NCBI GenBank assembly: GCA_951406725.2
Contig: OX597818.1
Coordinates: 13,888,001-13,952,000 of the forward strand
DNA from: Octopus vulgaris
Taxonomy: Eukaryota
DNA length: 64,000 nucleotides
Reading direction: 5' to 3'
The position numbers and the translations under genes were made by a program. Positions 54,481 to 64,000 of the stretch are shown here, one piece after another (position 1 is the first letter of the stretch; each line of letters begins with the position of its first letter). Below the pieces are notes generated by a model. It was not told where the DNA came from, made no database searches, and worked only from the letters and a program-made list of their open reading frames with translations.

Positions 54481-55249
54481 ACCGATATCTGTGAGTTGAT
54501 AAAAAAAAAATCACGTCCACTTTTCCATTACTTTCAAGACGGGTGATTTATTTTGCTTTGTATAATTTCTTGAATTGCATTATATCCTATCATTATCTAT
54601 ATTCTCTCCGAAATTTTGCTTTCTTCCTTACCTTTCTTTCCTTAAATTAGAGTGAAAGCAATAATCTGAATAGACTACTTAGTAATAAAATATTGAACTC
54701 TCTAACTGTTAATCCATACCAACGCAGTAACTTAATATCTTTAATTAAATATATTTAATATTTCATATTTTCTGATATAAATTTGACCATAAATAGATTT
54801 CTTATGTTTATGTACACCAGACAAGTCTTTATCTTATTTCAAATTAGTATACGCAGATTAGTGTGTTCATTATAAGATACGTCAGTAAAATATAATGAAG
54901 AAGGGGAAAAACGAAATAGAAATATTAAAATTATCCATCATTCTCCTTCTGAGAAGACTAAGGCGGACATTTGAAGTTCAATTCAGATGGTATATGCACT
55001 CAGTATCTTTTCTTCATATCTGCGACGTGTTTTGCCTCTTATTGATATAATGTTGGTACGAGTATATGGAATTCTAATGTAAATTGATTTGTCTATTAGT
55101 GGAGGGCTGATTGAACCTGTGGGTCAAAAATGGAAAGAACAAAATTAATAAATCATTCATTGTTACCATACCAATTTGGCATTAAATACCTACTAATATG
55201 GTATCACTATAAATTCAGTTTAAATGAAAAAACTTATAAATTCACATAT

Positions 55250-55520
55250 TTTTGGAGTTCTTTTAAAATTTGAATTTTTAAATGTTAGCATATAACAAAT
55301 CCTCTTCTAGACCTGATCCAAATGCTAAAAGTTCTCGATCCAAATGAAGGGCAGATTTTTAATTCTGGGATCGTCTTGATTTCATAATAGGGTAATATGT
55401 ATATGTAGAACAAATGTAGATTGAGATACAGAGGTCTCGGACGGACGAAGGGAGAGACAGACGAAAGGACAGACGGACAGACAGGTAGAATTTCGCGTTT
55501 CTTATTATAGAAAAAAGATT
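55250..55520 (-). mobile_element. Possible non-autonomous Helitron-like 5' end
   Basis: Minus strand begins aTCtttttctataataagaaacgcgaaa followed by (GTCY)n-like repeats, resembling non-autonomous Helitron 5' ends. No 3' CTRR hairpin was located. Confidence 0.35.
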
Positions 55521-56033
55521 GCATGGTGAGATGTCTATATAGTCTATATAGGAGTGACGCACTGTTTGTAGTCTCAAAGTATATTAAATAGAGTTATAGG
55601 AAATAATTGTTTAGATATATCAAAAGTGCAGATATGTCCACAATATTTATTAGTAATCATAAAATATTCAACTGCTTGTATGTTATATTGGAATTTCACA
55701 CTGGCTATTATAGGTAGTATCATAAGCTCAACGAGCATTTACTATATGTAAATCGCCTCAGAACGTCTATACGTTATGATCTTTGAGGGCAATTACTGTT
55801 GTCTTCGGTCTTCAAAATAACTCATTCAAGTTGAGTTGGATGTACAAGTTAATAGCCGTTACAAAGGCTGATTCCATCGGTAATAACTAATTTCAACACA
55901 ACCTAAGAGCTTTTTGCGACATCACTGGCTATTTATTTACTTGTAAATACATCGATATGATGGATGTTCAATCTGGCATTCGGTTGTTGAAACTGAGTCT
56001 TTTTTCTTTTCTTTTTACTTCTTTTACTTCTTT

Positions 56034-56285
56034 CTAAAGGATATTCAACTGTGGTTTATATTTTTTAATCAGCATGTTTTCCTTATTTAAACGGAAATGG
56101 GTTGAAATGTTTCCAGTGCATTGATAGAGGGAGAAGATTTGGTATTTAGGGTTTATGTCTACGGGGCATTGGTCTAGGTGCTTGCTTACGGGAATTTTCC
56201 TAGTAGTGGGGTCCCGGATTTGTTGCCTGTGCGACATAAGTCAATCCCTCAAAGTTAAGCTAGTTTGGCCAATGTAGTCACCACC
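56034..56285 (-). pseudogene. GIY-YIG endonuclease C-terminal fragment of a different PLE lineage
   Basis: DYIGQTSLTLRD*LMSHRQQIRD...VSKHLDQC...RLNKENMLIKKYKPQLN; cut off upstream at a SINE. Confidence 0.8.
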
Positions 56286-56287
56286 TT

Positions 56288-56436
56288 TCACTTTCTGTCT
56301 ACCAAATCCCCTCAGAGGGCTTTGGTAGGTCCGAGGCTACAGTAGGAGACACTTGCCGAAGGTGTTACACAGTAGGACAGTACCCGGAACCATGTGGTTG
56401 TGAAGCAAGCTTCTTACTACACTGCCACGCTTGCTC
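56288..56436 (-). mobile_element. CORE-type SINE copy
   Basis: tctaccaaatcc...ccgaggctacagtaggagacacttgccgaaggtg...cccggaaccatgtggttg. Confidence 0.8.
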
Positions 56437-56623
56437 CACTATATATATCATATATAAATTTTATCATAATAAATTTATAATAACATGAAATGTGTTATAG
56501 AAGTAAATTTACATATTTATGTATTCCTGCTGTTTTTCTCTGAGAAAGAGAAAATATATGGTTTTATATATCATTAATAAAATAACTAAAGTGTGTGTAG
56601 ATGGTATAATATATTCTACAACT

Positions 56624-57022
56624 AAGGCGGCGAACTAGCAGAAACGTTAGCACGCCGGGCGAAATGCTTAGCGGTATTGCGTCAGCCATTACGTTGTGAG
56701 TTCAAATTCCGCCGAGGTCGACTTTGCCTTTCGTACTTTCGGGGTCGATTAAATAGATACCAGTTGCGCACTGGGGTCGATATAATCGACTTAATCCGTT
56801 TGTCTGTCCGTGTTTGTCCGCTCTGTGTTTAGCCCCTTGTGGGTAGTAAAGAAATAGGTATTTCGTCTGTCATTACGTTCTGAGTTCAAATTCCGCCGAG
56901 ATCGACTTTGCCTTTCAACCTTTCGGGTTTGATAAATTAAGTACCAGTTGCGTACTGGTGTCGATATAATCAACTGGACCCCTCCCCCAAAATTTCGGGC
57001 CTTGTACCTAGAGTACAAAAGA
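56624..57022 (+). mobile_element. Meta-type SINE with duplicated B-box/core segment
   Basis: Head at 56624. 'gagttcaaattccgccgag.tcgactttgcctttc...gtcgat...taccagttgcg.actgg' occurs twice (~56698 and ~56882). Confidence 0.85.
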
Positions 57023-57587
57023 ATATATGCTACAACTATTTTATTTTCATTTAAACCACTATTATTCATATTATTAATTGTAGAGATATGAAATCAAGGA
57101 TCAACCTAAAACAAGTTTATGTTAGGTTAAGTATGATTATTTTATCTTACCATATCGTCCTGTACAAACAGCGATGAAAATTCTTCTATGACATCTGTAT
57201 GCAAATACACACACACACATTTATACACTCATGCACACGCGCTTACATGTATAGCCATACATTTACATATTTATATGTATGTGTGTGTGCTTGTTTGTGA
57301 GTATGTTTGTGTTTGTGTGTGTATGCGTGTGTATGTGTGTGTGTGTGTGTGTGTGTGTAAAAATATGCGGGTTTAGTTGACTTGTCTAAACGTAAAGGTA
57401 CGCTGAGTAAGTGCTAAAGTTGGTCGTCCGTTAGGTTCTAAGTTCACAGTTGAGATTGGATCTAGGAATCCGTATTAGGGTTCCGTTATAGCGGGTATAT
57501 ATTACATTAGAGGAAAAAGCAATATCAAGGCAGAACGAGTATCTCAAATGATGTAAACAATTTTATTAGGGTAAGGGGAATTTGAAG

Positions 57588-57658
57588 CTTTTCAACTGTT
57601 TCTGGGTTAACCCAAGTGGTATGTTAGTATGTCCACTGGGTGTTCCGTCATCAGAGAC
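57588..57658 (-). ncRNA. Hammerhead motif relic in PLE-end family repeat (~57540-57900)
   Basis: Reverse complement: gucu CUGAUGA cggaacacccag-uggacauacuaacauaccac-uuggguuaaccca GAAAC AGUU GAA. The triplet is mutated. Same family as 49513-49588. Confidence 0.55.
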
Positions 57659-58589
57659 AAGGTATGAATATTTTAGATAAGGAAAATTTATAGTTTACAA
57701 GGAATAAAATATATTCACAGTTTATAAGGAACAACATAGAAGAATAAAGGAGTATATAGAAGAATAAATAGTAAAGTAGAATACGGGCGGGAGAATTATG
57801 TTCACAGCTCATCTTTTTCCAGAGGGTATGGATGTAGGTCGGTACTTCCATGAAGGTACAGGTCCTTAGTTAAAATCTTATAAGGACCTGTACGTTTACG
57901 TTTTATTCTCCCTGTGTGTATGTGTGTGTGTGTGCCTGCTTGTGTGCGTGTGAGTTTGTGTATGTGCGTATTTCTCTTTATGTGAATTAGTGTCAATCAC
58001 GTTCAGTTAATAGCTCGTTCTGTTTATTTAACGCATCATTGTATTTAGGGGAAGTCTGGGAATGACACGAATGAGAATGGTTGTTAGTTCTAGCTCTTGT
58101 AATGACAGCATCTAGGATTCCTCTATAGCTAGCTTGGGTTTAACATATTTGCCATATTTGCAATAAATTGTAAGATGTTTGCGTCTCTACTGTAATTCAG
58201 GCATAACACTAAATGTTAAGTGCAAGACCTTTATAGCAACAAATGTCCATTCAGACACACAAGACCGCTTTATTCGATTCCACTAACGAAAACCGTTAAT
58301 ACAACATCACAAGAAACCTAAATCACTACAAGAAAGGTTTTGAGAAGTGTGAATTAGAAAAAAGCAAAGCAAAACACAACAAAACACGGATATAATGGCA
58401 ATATCTTATTTTCTCGGCCTTTATGTGTCTGTCACCTGTCTGTCCAATCAGTTTTTATTTATCAACATTACTTCTTTAATTTCCTACAATATCTGTATCT
58501 TATAGATAAACGTTTGTCGATAAATACAGGAAGATTTTTAAGAGACGCTCAATAAAGTTATACAGTTGATGCACTGACATGAAGAAAAT

Positions 58590-59005
58590 TATAACTGTCG
58601 AGAACCTAAGGTTTTCCCACTCACCCAGGCATGTATGATAAACGTCATCTTATATGAGGTTGAAGTGATAGCTACGCTCCAAGACAAATCAGTTGAAAAG
58701 AAGTGTTACATCGGGCTATGTGATGATTATTTCAAGCGACGTTATGCAAAACAACTTCTTTCAGCCACATCGGTAAACCCAATGCAACTAATTTGGCTAG
58801 CCCTGTATGGAATGTGAAAAGCAGCTCCGCACCACATACAATTAAGTGGAGAATAGTGTATAGATCCAAGTCATGTGTTAATGGATCTAAGAAATGCAAC
58901 TTATGTGGAGCAGAAAGATCTCATATTCTTTTTCGATCCAGTAATTCTAAAACACTACTTAATTCGAGATCTGAAAGTTTAGCAGCTGCAGACACATGGA
59001 CAGGT
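58590..59005 (+). pseudogene. PLE GIY-YIG endonuclease remnant, frameshifted
   Basis: YNCREPKVFPLTQACMINVILYEV...CYIGLCDDYFKRRYAKQ / LASPVWNVK...IKWRIV...KKCNLCGAERSHILF...LLNSRSE. Confidence 0.85.
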
Positions 59006-59875
59006 TTCTTTTATCAAATTGGAGGACCCCCGCCGACACTAGATTGAGTTTCCGTCTAGCAGACAGCAACTGTTAAAATTAAATATACAGCCGAAAGGAC
59101 CACTAATAGTTTCATTTTATTATGATACTTGAACAAGCATATTTATAAAATACGTCATGTATCTTAAATTAATCTTTTAGGCTCTGTCAATGCGTTATAT
59201 ATATTCTTTAAAAACAAGGACGCTAGAGAGTAAGAAAAACAAGAAAAAAGGAAAAACGTGAAGAAGTTGGTGCAAAAAACGGAACGAGAAAAAAGAAACA
59301 AATTCAAGAATTACGATCCTTGTCCTCCCTCATTAAAGAAAGTTCATTAAATACAACAGGTTTAGGTCAAAATAACAGAAAATATATAATTTCTTTCGTC
59401 TTGAGATTGTGGTGGAATCTGAGGTTATTATTTTGAGTAAAATTTTATCATCTAGCCACAATCTAGTTCATAACATTTGGTTTTTCAAAAACGCCTTAAT
59501 TCTAGTTGGGATGGTTCGACAACAGAAAGTAATAGAATAAGGAAATAAGGAACAGAATTTAAAAATCTGTACCAGGGTTCATTTGATTTATCTCAAGGTT
59601 TTCTAACAGCAAATCACATGTTTATCTAACATAAAAAAACGTGCAATGATGAATAATTAATACCAACATTTTCCAGATTCCTGTTTGATATATAATACTT
59701 CTGTAACAAATATTTCCAGAATTTTCAGTTGTAATGTGTAGGTTACATCATTGCAACAACGGCAGCCACCACATATCAGATTGGTGTACGGGAATAAGCA
59801 GAGGTGCTCCAAGAGAACACGGCTTGGATTTTTGTCATACTTACATTACATATATATATATATATATATATATAC

Positions 59876-60038
59876 AGGAGTAGCGTGGCTGCTTGGTAAG
59901 TAGCTTGTTTACCAACCTCATAGGTCCGGGTTTAGTCCCACTGCGTAGCACCTTCGGCAAGTGTGTTCTACTATAGCCTCGGGCCTACCAAACCCTTGTG
60001 AGGAGAGTTGGTAGGCGGAAAGTGAAAGAAGCCCGTTG
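59876..60038 (+). mobile_element. CORE-type SINE copy (tail continues past the (TA)n to ~60240)
   Basis: gtggctgcttggtaagtagcttg...ccgggtttagtcccactgcgtagcaccttcggcaagtg...gaaagaagcccgt. Confidence 0.85.
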
Positions 60039-60044
60039 TGTATG

Positions 60045-60111
<67 letters not shown>

Positions 60112-60726
60112 ATAGATATATATATAGTTAGATAGATATACGTGTGTGTGTATGTTTGTGTGCGTTTGTCCCCCCCACCATCGCTTGACAATCGATGTTG
60201 GTTTGATTACGTCTCTGTGTAATTAAATTATTTGGCGAATATATATACACAGACATACATACAGAGAAGCGAGTATAGACAGTCGGACTGGTAACGACTT
60301 TCTGAGCTCCTCGCATCTCTTAATGTTCCACTATCACGGGATCCGTGACGACTTAAAGCAGTGTCATTCTTTTTCGCGTTGTCTTTGACCGGACTGGTCA
60401 CGATTTTCTGACCTCCTCTCTCTAATACCCGCCCCAATACTCTCTACAGTCTTTTAGGACTGCTTCGTGTTACCCATTTTTGTCTTGTCTTGCATCCCTA
60501 ATGTTTTCCTGCTGTATGTGTATTATTATCATTTTAATTGCTGCCTCCATGTCGCCCTAAGCCGTTTTTTTTTTTATTATCTTGTCCCTCGCACGTCTAC
60601 TAAGGGTCTCGTCTTCAGCCCGTACCGTTTTGTTACGTTTTGGTCCCAGTTCCTGCAAGTGGCTTGCCGGTACCTCCAGAATGGAAGCAGAATTATCGAT
60701 AATAGCCGAAATTACCCTCGATACTC

Positions 60727-60819
60727 TGACCAATAACTGCAGAGAAGTTGGTGACTTACTGTGTTTCACGCTCGTCTTTGCATTTAATAAATATTCGTAT
60801 GTTTATTTACAACATGTTT

Positions 60820-60890
<71 letters not shown>

Positions 60891-61276
60891 TTTTATATAG
60901 TGAAAACAGAAAATGAAGAAATATTGATGAACAACAATTGACTTACCAATGGAACAACCGTAAACATTCCGCACAATGAATGGACAAATATGAGCGACCA
61001 AAACACAGTCCTAAAAGCAAAATTCATCAAAAGAAGCTGATGGTGTGTGCGTTCGGTGGACTGGCGCAGGTGTGATCCTGTATGATTTCATAAAACCTGA
61101 CCAACAACTACAGAGATGTTGGTGACTTAATGTGTTTCACGGTCGTCTGTGCATTTAGTATATATCCGTATGTTTATTTACACCACGTTTTTGTTAATAT
61201 AGACATATATATATATATACTTTTATATAGTGAAAACAGAAAATGAAGAAATATTGATGAAAAACAATTGACTTAC
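60727..61276. repeat. Direct duplication 60727-60946 / 61097-61276 enclosing a mariner coding fragment
   Basis: Shared ctgaccaa.aact.cagaga.gttggtgactta...gtgaaaacagaaaatgaagaaatattgatgaa.aacaattgacttac. The sequence between reads NNRKHSAQ*MDKYERPKHSPK..IHQKKLMVC..RWTGAGVILYDFIKPDQ. Confidence 0.8.
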
Positions 61277-61484
61277 ATCAATTATTATTTATTAATTTAA
61301 TTCAAATAGACTGGATCCCAATTAACAGTTGTTTCTGATTCCAATGTTGTATGGTACTGCCATTTATATGCTAAAGATATTTATCATATTTGGTAATAAA
61401 ACCGATCTGAAGCATGGAACTTCATCAGAGTGAAAAATAAATAAAGAAGAAGAAGAGCATAGAAACGAAAAAGGGGAAAATTGA

Positions 61485-62260
61485 ATATGGAAGTAATCAT
61501 ACCATTTTGTTTGTGTTTCACTTTCGGGCGTTAAGTAAATGTCTAAACTAAACAGCGATTTTTGTGCTTCAAAAATGGCAATTTTTATCTTAAAGATAGA
61601 TCACACGCCGGTCGACCAATTGAGTTCGATGAAGAGCGGTTGAATCGAATTCTTCCCGAAAATCTACGTTAAACGACCAGAGAATTAGCGTAGTAGATAT
61701 ATTGTTATAAAAAACCCATGGATAACCACATTCACTCAATGGACAAGGTTCAGAATCTCTGAATCTTGCGAAAGTAACAAATAAATGCTCCATAATCACC
61801 GCTAGTTTGCTCGCTCGTCATCACTCCACACATGGTCACAAACAACGTTTTCGTTACCGCATTGTCACTGAGCAATGAAAAATGGTGTCTTTACGAAAAG
61901 AATGGCTTAGCCCCGACGAACATGCGACTTCGCGAGCAAAGCAAGATTTTCATCCTCGAAAAACCATGTTGTGAGTATGGTAGGACCGGGAAGGAATATC
62001 TCATTACGAACTGCTAGAGCGCAACCAAACATTCGATGTGAAGCACTACGTACGTTGAAGAAATGCACCGATTAATCGAAGCAATTCAGCAAAAAATACC
62101 GAATAGGTAAAATGGTGTTCTTCTGCAACACGACTCCACATGTCCTCACATCTCAATATGACCAATGCCACGGCTCAAGAACTCGAATAGGAAGTGCTGC
62201 TTCTCGAAACTCCCCAGGCTTGGTGCCGTTAGATTCTCACCTCTTTTGACCGCTTCCCAA
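61485..62260 (+). mobile_element. Degraded mariner transposase
   Basis: KNGNFYLKDRSHAGRPIEFDEE; IVT..EKWCLY; HPRKTML*VW*DREG.SHYELLERNQT; GVLLQHD; SPGLVPLDSHLF (SPDLAPSD motif). Confidence 0.85.
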
Positions 62261-62376
62261 CGCTCTTCTTCTTCTTCTTCTTATTATTATTATTGTTATG
62301 ATGATTATTATTATTATTATTATTATTATTTATATGATTGCTGTTGTTGTTATTGGGGCTGCATGCTAGTAGAATC

Positions 62377-62790
62377 CTTAGCACGCCGGAGGAAATGCTT
62401 GGCGGTATTTTGTCCGTCTTCACGTTCTGAGTTCAAATTCCGCCGATGTTCACTTTACCATTCATCCTTTCGGGGTCGATAAAATAAGTACTAGTTGAAC
62501 ACTGAGGTTGATGTAATCAACTCATTCCCACATCCCCCAAACTGCCCTTGTGGCAAAAATTGAAATAATAATTATCATTATTATTCAGACGTTGAGCTGA
62601 TACAATCCTTAGCACGCCGGATCAAATACTTGGCCGTATCTCGACTGTCTTGACATTCTGAATTCAAATTCCGCCGAGGTCGACTTTGCCTTTCAACATT
62701 TCGGGGTCGATAAATTAAGTACCAGTTAAGTACTGAGATCAATGTAATCGACTATCCTCCTCCCCCAAATTTCAGGCCTTGAGCCTATAA
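62377..62790 (+). mobile_element. Two tandem Meta-type SINE copies between (ATT)n tracts
   Basis: Heads at ~62377 and ~62590, each with gagttcaaattccgccga or gaattcaaattccgccga followed by tttcggggtcgataaa. Confidence 0.8.
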
Positions 62791-62808
62791 TACAATGGAT
62801 TATTATTG

Positions 62809-62878
<70 letters not shown>

Positions 62879-64000
62879 CCCTGCATGTATCAATTGTAAA
62901 GGTTTTGGGTGCATAGAACACACTGATAAAATTTTTGCTGTATTTCCTCTTACTTTTAAGAAATTCAAAGCATAAAACAATATCTGCACAAAACAAAGAG
63001 CGCGCAAAGCATATACATGAATTGAAATCTTAATTCATTAACTGTCAACAGTATATCGTTTTGGTTTTGACAACTTTATGAATTTGTACATACATACACG
63101 AACACATAACCCCCCCCCACACACACACACACACACATGCACGCACACAAGCGCGAGCGCATACGCACACACACACACACCTGCATCAGAGCCAAGGTTA
63201 GTTAAAATGTGTTTGTGACATATTTCAACTCCTAAAGGCAAATTCACTGCAGTTACCATAAAGAAAAAAATTCCTCTTATAGAAAAACGTGTAAGAACTT
63301 AATGTCTGCCCAGCGTTGATCGCTATCGGATTATCTGTCACCGCGCTTCTGGTTCTTTCGCCGCCAAGAACCGCCACACAAGAGTGGTTCAAAAAACACT
63401 CCTGTGATATTCACACACACGTACATTTACACAAGCATATGCACTATACATACACATATTCACATAACGAATCTAGCCAAAATCAATATACTTTCATATA
63501 CGAAGACACATCTGTTTATATACTTACATGTGTTGTAGATATATACACATATACACACATATACGCATATATTGATAAACATAAACACGTATAGTCGAAA
63601 CATGCGGAGCACTATAATAAATTTGCCGACCACTAGAATACATTCAGACATGCGTATACGATTACTTCTTCCCAACAAATGTATATAACCAATTATAAAG
63701 TTTCTATTATATGTGATAACCATGCCTACGTATAATCTATATAACGATTAAAAAGCAAAGAATAAAGCGAATAAGGGGAAAATTACATTAGACCAAGCTT
63801 ATAGATTTCGGTCACACATTATTGAGTGATAACTAAGAATGTAGACCTAGAAAGTAGTTTGAACATATAATTCGATCAGGTTAATAAGTTCTGGGCATTA
63901 TACTCATATTAATATGAATAGCCGAATGGAAGAATATATAGACTATATTCTATAGAAATCAAGGTTATTTATCATATCGATTAGACTTCCAGAGTATAGC

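Noticed and set aside
56624-56715. tRNA genes at SINE heads
   Set aside because: A/B-box-like heads run straight into SINE core and tail and do not form a complete cloverleaf.
1-64000. Dozens of [12 protein letters not shown]/poly-I/poly-N ORFs in the track
   Set aside because: They are translations of (TA)n, (TG)n, (CA)n and (AAT)n microsatellites, with no coding signal.

Overview
Very AT-rich, microsatellite-dense eukaryotic DNA with no recognisable intact host gene. Nearly all ORFs in the track are (TA)n/(TG)n/(AAT)n artefacts. The SINE repertoire (tRNA-headed Meta-type and CORE-type) and the microsatellite load suggest a coleoid cephalopod, probably Octopus (inference). The window is dominated by Penelope-like elements (PLEs). 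There is one 5'-truncated RT + GIY-YIG copy (26245-30191), one GIY-YIG copy with a ~3.8 kb structured 3' region (1239-6554), and several degraded RT or GIY-YIG remnants. At least seven fold-back inserts share one architecture: (TA)n - inverted arm - sense arm - unpaired tail - (TA)n. Many of these PLE ends carry minimal type I hammerhead ribozyme motifs (CUGANGA ... GAAAC-palindrome-GUH). A second group of repeats carries an unexplained, permuted hammerhead-like motif. Also present: a full-length but dead DD34E Tc1 element with long TIRs (30547-32135), a DD36E Tc1 fragment, several mariner fragments, RTE-like non-autonomous elements and SINE clusters. All alignments and structures were read by eye, so boundaries may be off by a few bases.
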